A program made the translations under genes and the position numbers. Under the pieces are notes generated by a model that searched no databases, was not told where the DNA came from, and saw only the letters and a list, made by a program, of their open reading frames with translations. Positions 1-10,174 of a DNA stretch of 64,000 nucleotides are shown here, in pieces; position 1 is the stretch's first letter, and each line of letters begins with the position of its first letter. Origin of the DNA: an uncultured Gemmatimonadales bacterium (GTDB lineage: Bacteria > Gemmatimonadota > Gemmatimonadetes > Gemmatimonadales > GWC2-71-9); NCBI GenBank assembly GCA_963840165.1, contig CAWIXT010000001.1, positions 10,653-74,652 on the forward strand, given 5' to 3'.

Positions 1-68
1 TTGATGATCAGGCGATCACCAAAGGTTTTTTGATTAGTACTAGTAGCTCTAGGCGGATCTCTTGACCC

Positions 69-1211
69 CTACGCGGTCGCAACTAGGCTTGGAGCTTCAG
101 CCAGCTTCATCCTGGCGATATGCTCCGCAATCACTCTCGCGACCAGCGGAGGAACCGCGTCTCCAATCTGGTTATACTTTGCGGTGAGTCTGCCTTCGAA
201 CATATAGTCCGAGGGGAACCCTTGCAGCAGGGCCATTTCACGAACACTCAATAAACGATCCTGCTCAGGATGAACGTATCGTCCGTTCCCCACATGCCCA
301 CATTCACGGGTAATAGTTATTGCGGGTCGGTCCCACCATAGCCGGCCGTACACGTCGGGAAATGACCCCGGTCGTGCGCGGAACATGGCGGGTATCAAGA
401 GGTGCCGCTTTTCATCAGCGGACCACCTGGGAGTGTTCATGATATCCGCCCAAGAGCCCCCATCCTTTGGTGTCGCACGTATCTGCTCAAGAACCCGCTG
501 ATTATTGCCAGGACTTACATGCATGGGGTCATCTGGATCCTGGGCACCCGCCTCGAGAGGCGGCAAATGACTGATCGTCATTCTGACGGTTGGTGGAACC
601 CTCGTCCCGGCTGGCAGCGGGACTGCTGGTCCTTCACGGCGGGCTATTAAGAGTGCACGCACTCTACGTTGGGGCAGTCCGTGCGTAGATAGGTCATGAA
701 CGTCAGCCCACACTGAGTAACCCAGTTCGGTTTCAAGTCTTCGCTTTAGGGCCTCGAAGTGGTGTCGCTGATTACCCCTTAGCAACTCCTTAACGTTCTC
801 CATGACTAAGAACTCAGGCATGAACTCCTTAACAAAATCGGCAGTTCGCGGGACCAGGCCGTTTCTGACATCGTCTCGGACGTGGTTGGTCGCGTTCTTC
901 TGGGAAAAGCCCGTACAGGGCGCACATGAAACGAGAACTTCCAACTCACCCGTTTCGAGACCCAGCTCGGCTCGATACTCAGATGGTTGGAGCAAAGCCA
1001 GGTCCGCGGACTTAGGCTTAACTCCGATGTTTTTCTCGTATGTTGGGTTGCAGACAGTGCTCGTTCCCGCGCTCTTTCCTTTGCCGGGCTTGCCGGTCTC
1101 CAGATCAACCGCACCGACTATCTGATAGAGACCCTTGAGCCGATGGAAACCACAACTCATTCCTCCCGATCCTGAGAAAAGGTCAACAACTTTCCAGGGT
1201 CCTTGATCCAT
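69..1211 (-). CDS. DNA (cytosine-5)-methyltransferase
   Basis: Motif I DLFSGSGG, catalytic PC (SCAPCTGFS), ENV, QRRxR, and motifs IX/X LSVREMALLQGFP...QIGDAVPP. Confidence 0.95.
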   Translation of the reverse strand: MDQGPWKVVDLFSGSGGMSCGFHRLKGLYQIVGAVDLETGKPGKGKSAGTSTVCNPTYEKNIGVKPKSADLALLQPSEYRAELGLETGELEVLVSCAPCTGFSQKNATNHVRDDVRNGLVPRTADFVKEFMPEFLVMENVKELLRGNQRHHFEALKRRLETELGYSVWADVHDLSTHGLPQRRVRALLIARREGPAVPLPAGTRVPPTVRMTISHLPPLEAGAQDPDDPMHVSPGNNQRVLEQIRATPKDGGSWADIMNTPRWSADEKRHLLIPAMFRARPGSFPDVYGRLWWDRPAITITRECGHVGNGRYVHPEQDRLLSVREMALLQGFPSDYMFEGRLTAKYNQIGDAVPPLVARVIAEHIARMKLAEAPSLVATA

Positions 1212-1322
1212 TCAGAAGCTCCCGTATAAAAGCCGAATCAACGTAACACATTGTGAGACGGCACACCAGTTGGCTGAGCTCTATTCTTTGTGTCACACGA
1301 TGTAGCACACCAGGACAGGCAG

Positions 1323-1487
1323 ATGCCGAAGACCGAGTTCCTCCAAATCCGACTCACTCCAGAGGACCGTCGACTTATGGACCAGGCCGCGGAGAAGGAC
1401 CATTTGGACACATCTACTTGGGCCCGGCAAATTCTTTTGCGAGCTGTAAAAATCCGCGGCAGTTTAAGCGACCCTGAGCGTGCTTAG
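1323..1487 (+). CDS. Small ribbon-helix-helix regulator, probable R-M controller
   Basis: MPKTEFLQIRLTPEDRRLMDQAAEKDHLDTSTWARQILLRA fits an RHH pattern; divergent from the MTase, directly upstream of the nuclease; CAGGA upstream. Confidence 0.7.
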   Translation: MPKTEFLQIRLTPEDRRLMDQAAEKDHLDTSTWARQILLRAVKIRGSLSDPERA

Positions 1488-1489
1488 AG

Positions 1490-2566
1490 GTGGACCTTCG
1501 ACTTCCGGCACCTGACTGGAACTCCCTTCCCGGCGGCAGTGCCGAATCTGCGTGGATCGCAGCCAGAGACCGAAAAGTTGGTATGGCTGCGGAACTGGGT
1601 CCTCGAATCCGTGCCGTGGCGGAGGAATTAGCAGGGGGCGCGGCGCTGTTCGAATGCTCGCCTTCTATTCTAAAGACCGTCCCCCTGGCTGCGGCATGGT
1701 ATCTAAAGCTCGCCGGTTTCTCCCAAAAGACATTAGCGAACATCAGATTGCGGCCAGCTAGTTTCGGGCTACAGATTCGGCCGGGAACCCTTGCATTGAA
1801 TCTCCAATCAGGTCGAAAGGTCCGGGAAGCGGATATTCTCGCATTCTCACAATGGATCAACACCGAGCTTGAGGAACTTTATCCGCGAGACAAGCGTAGC
1901 GAAACCCTTGCCCTCGATACAGTACTGCTGATCGAGGGAGGGAGTATTTTGGGAAGTGTCCTGAATGAAGCAGGAAATGAGGCCGTAGATCTCCTTAAGA
2001 AGCTCTTCGTCGCGGCCATGGAGAAGAGACTAGTGAAGGTTGAAGTGCAGCTGGAGGATGGCTCATGGTGCGAGTACACGCCAGAATTGAATCTCTTGAA
2101 GAGACGCTCCTTTCGGTTCGGTGGCAAGATGGTGTGCGATCTCATACCTGGCGGGAATCATGCTGACATCCGCATCACCTTCAACAAACTTGTTATTCTT
2201 GTCGGTGAGGTGAAAGGCCGTAAGGATCTCTCAAACCTGTGGGAGAGCTGGGTACCCCAGATCGCAAACCACTTTCGAACCTGGACACGAGAGCATCAAG
2301 AAGCCGCCAGAGTGTTCTTTGGAACGATCTTCACTGAGGAGATGGTCGAGGGCATTAGCGCAGCTGGAACTTCCCACACCGGCTTGAAGAACCTGCACAG
2401 CAACGGCTATCTACAAGCTGCCTACAACCTCTCGAACGTCGCTGCGAACCAGCCGGCTCAGGTAGCCGCATTTGAGGATCTGGTCGACCGACTTGTGAGC
2501 CTCCTGGCTCCTCTGCCTTCCAAGACAGTGTCAACGCAGTCTAGAAAGAAGGCGCCGCATGGCTGA
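1490..2566 (+). CDS. Putative type II restriction endonuclease (PD-(D/E)xK, XcyI-like)
   Basis: ADIRI...GEVKGRKDLSNL nuclease motif; lies between the C5 MTase and vsr. Confidence 0.65.
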   Translation: MDLRLPAPDWNSLPGGSAESAWIAARDRKVGMAAELGPRIRAVAEELAGGAALFECSPSILKTVPLAAAWYLKLAGFSQKTLANIRLRPASFGLQIRPGTLALNLQSGRKVREADILAFSQWINTELEELYPRDKRSETLALDTVLLIEGGSILGSVLNEAGNEAVDLLKKLFVAAMEKRLVKVEVQLEDGSWCEYTPELNLLKRRSFRFGGKMVCDLIPGGNHADIRITFNKLVILVGEVKGRKDLSNLWESWVPQIANHFRTWTREHQEAARVFFGTIFTEEMVEGISAAGTSHTGLKNLHSNGYLQAAYNLSNVAANQPAQVAAFEDLVDRLVSLLAPLPSKTVSTQSRKKAPHG

Positions 2567-2993
2567 TGTATTGACGCCGGTCCAGCGGAGCCGTTGCATG
2601 TCACAATGCCGGTCCAGGAACACCAAGCCTGAGATCAGGCTTCGGCGTGCATTGTGGGCATCTGGAATGCGCTATAGAGTAGCCGTGGACGTGCCGGGCA
2701 AACCAGACCTCGTATTCCCGCGCCAACGTGTAGCTGTGTTCCTTGATGGGTGCTTTTGGCATTGCTGCCCCCAACATGCCACGTATCCTCGAACACGTGA
2801 AGCCTTCTGGCGTGCTAAACTGGCCCGCAATGTTGAGCGGGACTACGAAGTTAATGAGCAACTGGCGAGGAAAGGTTGGAGGGTGCTGCGATTCTGGGAA
2901 CACGAGGTGAAGAGTGATTTAGCTTCGGTCCAAGTCAGAATTTCAAGGGAGATTCGGGCCAACATAACACGACGAGGTGATGGTGCTACCTAG
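2559..2993 (+). CDS. vsr: Very short patch repair endonuclease
   Basis: MADVLTPVQRSRCMS, NTKPE, GKPD, FLDGCFWHCCP, FWRAKLARNVERD, LRFWEHE. Confidence 0.95.
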   Translation: MADVLTPVQRSRCMSQCRSRNTKPEIRLRRALWASGMRYRVAVDVPGKPDLVFPRQRVAVFLDGCFWHCCPQHATYPRTREAFWRAKLARNVERDYEVNEQLARKGWRVLRFWEHEVKSDLASVQVRISREIRANITRRGDGAT

Positions 2994-3194
2994 CCACCTC
3001 AGGGATGCTCGCCAGCTGCGACTTTGAGGGAGTTGTGTCTGTGGATTAAAGGCTGAGCCAAGCCCATCCAGTAACTTGGCAGTGCGCACGTCAATCCCAT
3101 GGCGTTGGGGCCTGCCTTCGCGCAAAGCACGCTCCGCGTCTAGAAATTTAGGAATTGCTTCAACAGCGGTCATCGCAGGCATCGGTGCGGCCGG

Positions 3195-3738
3195 ATGAGC
3201 AGTGTCGGAAGCAATTTGCTTCGCCATTTCATAATGGACTGGCGGGATGAGTACAGCGGGACAGGAACACTCATCACGACGGGCGAGCAGATCTCCCCAA
3301 CGATGAGCGTCGTGAAGAGCATGCTGGACGTAGAGCGTGAGCACCGCGATCACCCTGAAGCGAAGAGCTTAGGGCCTGATGGCGTCCCCTGCGAGAGTGA
3401 TACAGCCGGACTTCTGCAGCGGCGTCACGTCAGGCCCAAGTGGGTACAGCACATCGGCAAGGAGGCCAACTGCAATGGAGGATGTTGAGCGGGCGAATGT
3501 GCCTGAGTGGGACGAAGTGCAGGAGCGTTTCGAGGCGAAGGGTGCAGGAGAGTGGGAGGTGGAGATACTGCCTGTGCTCCGCAGATTAGGAGCGGAGCAG
3601 ATTGCTCAGGCAGCGGGAATGAGCGTGAAGCAGGTGCGACGAATCCTAGGCTGGGGGCGGCAGCCACCACCGCGGAGCGCACGCCTCCTGACGCGAGTCG
3701 CCCTGGCAGAACTGGCTCTGAAGAATGTCCAACCTTGA
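3195..3738 (+). pseudogene. Frameshifted C-terminal remnant of a PolB-like mobile-element protein with terminal HTH
   Basis: HPEAKSLGPDGVPC...GLLQRRHVRPKWVQHIGKEAN, then in another frame IAQAAGMSVKQVRRIL; no 5' portion present. Confidence 0.5.
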
Positions 3739-3870
3739 TCCTCTCGACTGCAACGTGACACTAGTGCATTTTTATGTCAGTATTCCAACCCCATGCATTG
3801 TCATTCTGGCACCGCTGAAATGCTCAGGCTGTAAAGCCCAAGGAAGCGAATTGCGCATGGACGCAAGCAG

Positions 3871-5045
3871 ATGAATCGAAATCTGGGCGCCGCGAAGGCG
3901 GCCAAGCAGGACGAGTTCTACACCCAGTACGTCGACATCCAGAAAGAGGTCGAGGCCTACCTCGAGTTCGACCCCGACACCTTCCGCGGCAAGGTCGTCT
4001 ACTGCAACTGCGACGACCCCTTCGAGAGCAACTTCTTCAAGTACTTCGCCGCCAACTTCAACAAGCTCGGCCTCAAGAAGCTCATCACCACCAGCTACGA
4101 CGGCTCCCCCATCGCCGGGCAGGGCACGCTGTTCCCGGAGTACAACGAGGGCAACGGCAAGCGCCAGAAGCCCAAGGCCCTCGCCGTCATCCTCGACCAC
4201 GTGAAGGACGAGGACGGCGACGGCGCCGCGAACGTGACGACGTCAAGCTCTTCCTCAAGCGCAACAAGGCCGCCCGCATCGCCCTGAAAGGCGACGACAA
4301 ATACCCCGGCGGCGACTTCCGCAGCCCCGAGTGCGTCGAGCTTCCTGAAACAGGCCGACATCGTCGTCACCAACCCGCCGTTCTCGCTGTTCCGCGAGTA
4401 CGTCGCCCAGCTCGTGGAGCACGGGAAGAAGTTCCTGATCATCGGGAACAAGAACGCGATCACCTACAAGGAGATTTTTCCGCTCATCAAGGACAACAAG
4501 ATGTGGCTTGGGCGTGGCTATCGCACAGTGGGAACGCGTAGTTTCAGCATTCCCGCGACACTAGCCGCTGAGAGTTCGCGGATGGCGTTTACGACAAGAG
4601 TACAGGACATGCGTGAAGTTCCGAAACGTTGGCTGGTTCACGAACCTGGACCATGGTCGCCGCCACGAGCAGTTGCCGCTGCATGACCATGGCGGACAAC
4701 TTGAAGTTCAGCAAGCACAAGGAGGTGCGCGGGATCGGCTACGACCGATACGACAACTTCGACGCGATCGAGGTTCCCTTCACCGACGCGATTCCGAGCG
4801 ACTACGACGGCGTCATGGGCGTCCCCATCACCTTCCTCGACAAGTACAACCCCGACCAGTTCGAGATCATCGCGAACGGGGACGACCGCGATGAGATGGA
4901 GGCTCTAGGGGTTCCAGCCGCTCGGACCCGAATACGTCGGCAACGCTGGACGACGCAAGGTCGGCGATACCAAGCACCAAGAAGGCTGCCTACAAGCGCA
5001 TCCTCATCCGCCACCGCCGCCCGGCCAAAGAGGAAGAAGAAGTGA
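3871..5045 (+). CDS. Adenine-specific methyltransferase, EcoRI family (split by several frameshifts)
   Basis: [33 protein letters not shown] (~4357-4400), [36 protein letters not shown] across frames. Confidence 0.9.
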
Positions 5046-6215
5046 AAACCACGCTCCGCACCGACATCACCGTCGCCGACATCTGCAACGGGTTTGTCTA
5101 CAACCAACTCGAAGGCAAGGGGCTGTTCGGGCTGGGCGGGAAGCTCACCATTCAGCCGGAGTACCAGCGGAACTACATCTATGCGGACGGCGGCGGCAAG
5201 AAAGAGCAGGCGGTCATCGAATCGCTGCTCAAGGGGTATCCGCTCGGGCTGATCTACTTCAACAAAGTCGCGAAGGACAAGTTCGAGGTGCTGGACGGCC
5301 AGCAGCGGATCACCAGCATCGGGCGGTTCGTCACGAACAAGTTCGCGATCATGGATAACGGCAATCCGAAGAACTTCGACAGCCTGCCCGCCGACCAACA
5401 AGCCAAGATTCGGGACTCGAAATTGCTGATCTACGAGTGCGAGGGCACGGAGACCGAGATCAAGCAGTGGTTTGAGACGATCAACATCGCCGGTGTGCCG
5501 CTCAACGACCAGGAGCTCTTGAACGCCATCTACTCCGGACCGTTCGTGACGCTTGGCGAAGGCCGAGTTCAGCAACAGCCAGAACGCGAACATCCAGAAG
5601 TGGAGCGCGTACATCAAGGGCAGCGCAAACCGGCAGGACTTCCTGGAGCGGGCGCTGGACTGGGTGAGCAAGGGCGATATCGGCGGCTACATGAGCGCTC
5701 ATCGCAACGACAAGCAACATCAATGAGCTGAAGACCTACTTCAACAGCGTGATCGACTGGGTTTCAACCGTGTTCATCGATGTTCTGCCAGGAAATGCAG
5801 GGATTGGAGTGGGGCAGGCTCTACGAGCAGTACCACGCCAAGTCCTACGATCCGAAGAAGATGTCGGACGATGTGAAGAGGCTCGACGCCGATGCCGTAC
5901 GTGAAGAGCCGCAAGGGAATCTTCGAGTATCTCCTCGGCGGCTCGGTCAGATACGAAGTTGTTGGACGTCCGGGTGTTCGACGACGCCAGGTAAAGCGCG
6001 TCGCATACGCGAAGCAGACGCAAGCAGCCGAGGCCAAGGGCAAGTCCAACTGCCCGCTCTGCGCGGTTGGGCACGACGCGAACAAGAGCAGGATCTATAA
6101 GTTCGACGAAATGGACGCCGACCACGTTTCCGCATGGAGCAAGGGCGGCGAAAGCTCGGCCAAGAACTGCCAAATGCTCTGCATCACCCACAATCGCGCC
6201 AAAGGCAATCGATAA
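5042..6215 (+). CDS. DUF262 (GmrSD-like) plus C-terminal HNH endonuclease (frameshifted)
   Basis: [31 protein letters not shown]; C-terminal CPLC...[12 protein letters not shown]...[14 protein letters not shown]. Confidence 0.88.
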
Positions 6216-6379
6216 TATGGGCGTGGAACCGCCCGCTTGTGGAGCAAGGGCGGGAAGCGGGAACTGGCGAACTGCCGATTGCGCTGCAGATCTACTTCCA
6301 GCCCGCGCAGATGCCAGGCCCACTGCGCTCGGCGAACACGCCAGCAGCGGCAGACAAGGCAGTACAGGGAGGGACGCCA

Positions 6380-7291
6380 ATGACTCAGCATTGGCTTAAA
6401 TATTGGCGGTCTGAACAGATCCAAAGCGGGTTACAGGAGAGGGAGCTAGATCATGTGGCGAGTAGCCAGTTGAACATAGTTCAGAACCAGCCAGGTGCTC
6501 ATACGCTTTGGATCGTGAATTCTTCTGGCGGCCGACTTAGAACTATCGGATTTCTGCGAGTTGGACGCATTCTGTCCCGCAGAGATGCCGAAAGAGAACT
6601 GGGCTACGAGGTTTACCCCGCAAAATGGCACGCCCTGGCAAAACCCGGTACAGCTGTTATTGCTCGTGAGATCGATATTCAACGCCTTGCAACGAGGCTT
6701 AGCTTTGAAGGTAGAACCGAGAGGCTGAAGCTTATCAAAGGTGGAACGAACGGGCAGCAACTCCAACGACTCCGCCGGCTGACACCCGGATCTGCTCGGA
6801 TGATGGAAGATGCGTGGGCGAATGGAGTGAAGGCGCTTGATGCGGAGTATCTCAAGCTGGAAGCGGGGCTGGACGAAGCGGATTCGTTTGACACCGAGCG
6901 CATACAGAAGGCCCGTAAGGAGCAAGGATGGCTGCGCGATAGGCTGTTCGCTGGTTCAGAAATCGGTATCTGCGCTATTTGCCATCTCGAGCTCCCCAGG
7001 AGTCTGCTCGTCGCAGCCCATATAAGGAAGCGCGCGATGTGCACGCAGCATCAGAAGGCTGATTGGAAAAACAACATCATGCCACTCTGTAGGTTGGGCT
7101 GTGATGACCTGTTTGAGCGTGGCTATCTTATTGTTCAAAACAAGACAGTTCGGAGAGGCCGACGCGGGCCCATAACCGAGGCGCTGGAGGAATACATCGG
7201 AGAAGTGGTTGGCGAGCACTGCACCTACTTTCATTCGGGCAGCTCACAATATTTTGATTGGCACGCCGTCAACGCTCTTGCTGAATCATAA
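6380..7291 (+). CDS. HNH endonuclease with unrecognised N-terminal domain
   Basis: RKEQGWLR...CAIC...LVAAHIRKR...CRLGCDDLFERG; start assigned at MTQHWLKYW after GGGAGG. Confidence 0.75.
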   Translation: MTQHWLKYWRSEQIQSGLQERELDHVASSQLNIVQNQPGAHTLWIVNSSGGRLRTIGFLRVGRILSRRDAERELGYEVYPAKWHALAKPGTAVIAREIDIQRLATRLSFEGRTERLKLIKGGTNGQQLQRLRRLTPGSARMMEDAWANGVKALDAEYLKLEAGLDEADSFDTERIQKARKEQGWLRDRLFAGSEIGICAICHLELPRSLLVAAHIRKRAMCTQHQKADWKNNIMPLCRLGCDDLFERGYLIVQNKTVRRGRRGPITEALEEYIGEVVGEHCTYFHSGSSQYFDWHAVNALAES

Positions 7292-7306
7292 TCGGAGCTG
7301 CCAAGG

Positions 7307-8515
7307 TCAACGCTTCGTGTCCTTGAACTCGTTCAGCTTGAAGTCGACCTGGTACAGGTAGACCTCGGCATCTCTTAGCACTTTCAGGGCATAGTACAAA
7401 CGACTGTCGTACTTTCCTGCGATGATAATGCCCTTTGTCGATTTGCCGTGCGTTTTGTTCTCTTCGAGCCACCCCATGTACCGGGCTAGTTGCCCCACCG
7501 TTTGGTCGCTTGTCTGATCTCTCTTTAGCTCAATGACAACAAACTGCTTTGTCTTCTTGTCTTGGACTAGGATGTCGATTGGTCCCACTGGAGTCGCATA
7601 CTGCTGACTGACCATTTCACCGTCTTCTTCGATTAAGTCATACTTCCTGCCCAGTTCCGTCTGGTCCCAGTTACGAATAAGGAAGTTCTCAAGCTCCTCT
7701 TCCAGGTAGAACAACCCTGGGTCGGATGGTTCGTCGCCGCCCTTTCCACCGCTCCCTCCACCATCGCCACCGCCGTTGCCGCCGCCGCCAAGAACAACTG
7801 CATCGTCGGGCTTCCAAATTGGCTTTACGTCGGAGGAGTACAGGAACACGGAGACAGTGCGGGCGGAGCCTCTTACACCCAGTGCGGCGAAGCCATTGAG
7901 GATGACCGTGTTGGATCGGACGATCTGATTGCCAATTGTGAGCGAGTCCAGTGGAGGCATCTCAAACTGAAAATGGGACAGGAGTCGACGCCGATCATTG
8001 AGCGATATGACACTCAAGTTGGCACGTGGATCCCATGCAGCCATCATCGCACATATCGCATTGCCGCTCTTGCCGGTCAGGTTGTTCTTATGCTTGGCGT
8101 TTACCTGATACAGTTGATCAATGCTCCTAGCACAATCAGTAGCGTCGACGGAAACTAAGACCGCATTCACAGCGTCCGAGAGCTTTGAGTTATTCTTAAG
8201 TTCCGTGAACATACGGCGCCACGCGCCCTGAGCTATCATAGCCTTGGCAACAGCTTCACTGGTTTTCGTGTTGCCTTTCCCGTTGCGATCTAGAATTCTG
8301 ACCACATCATCGATATCGGAATCGGACAGCTGTCCTGAGTTGGGGTTTCTAATCTTCGAAGTCCAGAAAGACCGGAAGGCGTTGCTTTGCTGCCGCCAAA
8401 CCGCGTCTTTGGCCTCCACGTCATAATTGCGAAGAAAGTCCGCAAAGAGTTCCGGAAGTTGGCGTGGGGTCACACTCATCGACATGGCAGCCCACCTAAG
8501 AGTATCAGGATCCAA
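7307..8515 (-). CDS. NucS-like PD-(D/E)xK nuclease domain protein
   Basis: LEEELENFL...QQYATPVGPIDIL...VIELKRDQTSDQTVGQLARYMGW; a Gly-rich linker separates an unknown N-terminal domain. Confidence 0.8.
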   Translation of the reverse strand: MDPDTLRWAAMSMSVTPRQLPELFADFLRNYDVEAKDAVWRQQSNAFRSFWTSKIRNPNSGQLSDSDIDDVVRILDRNGKGNTKTSEAVAKAMIAQGAWRRMFTELKNNSKLSDAVNAVLVSVDATDCARSIDQLYQVNAKHKNNLTGKSGNAICAMMAAWDPRANLSVISLNDRRRLLSHFQFEMPPLDSLTIGNQIVRSNTVILNGFAALGVRGSARTVSVFLYSSDVKPIWKPDDAVVLGGGGNGGGDGGGSGGKGGDEPSDPGLFYLEEELENFLIRNWDQTELGRKYDLIEEDGEMVSQQYATPVGPIDILVQDKKTKQFVVIELKRDQTSDQTVGQLARYMGWLEENKTHGKSTKGIIIAGKYDSRLYYALKVLRDAEVYLYQVDFKLNEFKDTKR

Positions 8516-8622
8516 GCGTTATTTTATTCGTTACGTGCCTAGCGAGGCGATCTGGCAGTATCCAGGGCAAGTACCGTGCCCGCCTACGCAACTCCCGCCG
8601 CCTGCTGATCCTCAGGCAGGCC

Positions 8623-9110
8623 CTAAACTAGGGCACGAAGAACTGGCAAGGTCGCCTCGAAGACTTCCGTGTCACGTTCTTGATACCGAGACTTCTGGCC
8701 ATGCGCCATGTTGCAGCGGACGAGATACAAAACATCCGCGACGGCTTCAAGGTGGCGGATCTGCGCTGGTGCTCCTGCCCACACTTCGTCAAGGGCAAGA
8801 CGTGCTTTAACGTGTTTGCCAACCATGCGTCGATCAAAGCGAAGCTTTGGGCGTCAGCAATCGGTTCGATGCGGCGAAAGCGTTGCGTCAAGGTTTGCGA
8901 AAGGATCGAGCTTAGCTTCCCCTCAGGAATCGTTCTGAGGGCACGACCAATAAGATCCGCCTCGTCTATCCTCTGCGGATCGTCCGACTTGTAAAAAGAG
9001 CCGTAATAGACGTTGAATGCCTTCCACAATGCATCATACTCATAGTATGGCAGTTCCGCGTCCACGGCCTCCTGCAGGTGTTCACGGAATGCAGCTCGGT
9101 TAAATGCCAT
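8623..9110 (-). CDS. HEPN-like protein (frameshifted)
   Basis: LWKAFNVYY in ORF 8628-9245 and YLVRCNMAHGQK (RxxxxH) in ORF 8623-8826. Confidence 0.6.
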
Positions 9111-9163
9111 CACTTTCTCCGAATTACGTGCGAGGGATCCGTCATTAGCAGCCGCCTGGCACC

Positions 9164-9973
9164 CTACTGCAAGGTTCCCCTCGCTGGGACAACATCCACA
9201 AATGGCGGCCACAAGATGCGAAAAGTCTTGCAAACTCGTTGCCATGTCGTAACGCCCAGAAAGCCAGAAGCTAACTGCGTGCGGCTGCCAGCATCGCGAT
9301 GCGGCAGACTGTCCGCCAGTTTCTTCGGCGCTACTTGGTCATCGCTTTGACGCATCCAGTAGGGGCTGGGTGCCACGGCTTCCGAACCACCTTCGCCTTC
9401 CACAATGGTGAGACCCAGGACTCTCCGTCCACCTCGAACTTCCCAGGCGGCATCCATGTGCCTGATTATCTGACTGCGTCCGGCCATCCAGGTCGTGGTG
9501 GTCGTGAGCTTGCTTTCCTTACGTTTCCCCTCAATCACGAACAGCAGTTTGTCGGTTTGTAAGAATGCATCTGGAAACGATTCACCTTCCAGAACGTACC
9601 AGGCGCGGCGTCGAGGTGAGTTTTGCAACGATTCCAAAGCCTGTTTTATTACCGCTTCGTCCCCAGCTACAAGTTGCTCGCGCAACGCTCGTACTTGCTC
9701 TGAACCCCAGAGCTTGTCGCTTGCGGGCTTCGACGCATTGCCGGCCAGCCACTGAAGCAAGGCTGGGGGTGGGTCAAGCCGCCGCTCCTTCTCTCCCCAA
9801 TAGGGTTGATAATCCTCAGGTAGTCTGCCAAAGTCTGAAGGGAGCTCAAGCCCGGCGGCTCGGGACCCTAGTGCCGCTAGAGCTGGCAGCCACGAGCTCC
9901 CTGAAGAATCTCGCTGATATAGTGCATCGAAGACAGGGACAACTCGTGTCTTGGACGAATTAAAACGACCCAT
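9164..9973 (-). CDS. Hypothetical PD-(D/E)xK nuclease-like protein
   Basis: EGESFPDAFL...VIEGKRKE...RSQIIRH; start MGRFNSS after AAGGAGAG. Confidence 0.55.
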   Translation of the reverse strand: MGRFNSSKTRVVPVFDALYQRDSSGSSWLPALAALGSRAAGLELPSDFGRLPEDYQPYWGEKERRLDPPPALLQWLAGNASKPASDKLWGSEQVRALREQLVAGDEAVIKQALESLQNSPRRRAWYVLEGESFPDAFLQTDKLLFVIEGKRKESKLTTTTTWMAGRSQIIRHMDAAWEVRGGRRVLGLTIVEGEGGSEAVAPSPYWMRQSDDQVAPKKLADSLPHRDAGSRTQLASGFLGVTTWQRVCKTFRILWPPFVDVVPARGTLQ

Positions 9974-10174
9974 GCTCTCCTTATCTGTGAACGCTCGCAC
10001 CAGGCTAGGAATCTGAACTCCGGTCCTGCCACTCGAAACCTTCCGGAGCGTCGCCGTTATCCCTACCCGACCTCCAGCCCACCGGTCGATTCTTTTCAAG
10101 CGGTATGTAGGACACCACGAGTTGTTCCACCAGCGTGATAGCCTTGAGTTTAGAAGGCATGTGCCAGCACCCAT

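Noticed and set aside
8520-8630. Second attC between the HEPN and NucS-like genes
   Set aside because: A GCTAGGC R'-like box is present on the minus strand, but I found no RYYYAAC box or convincing inverted arms.
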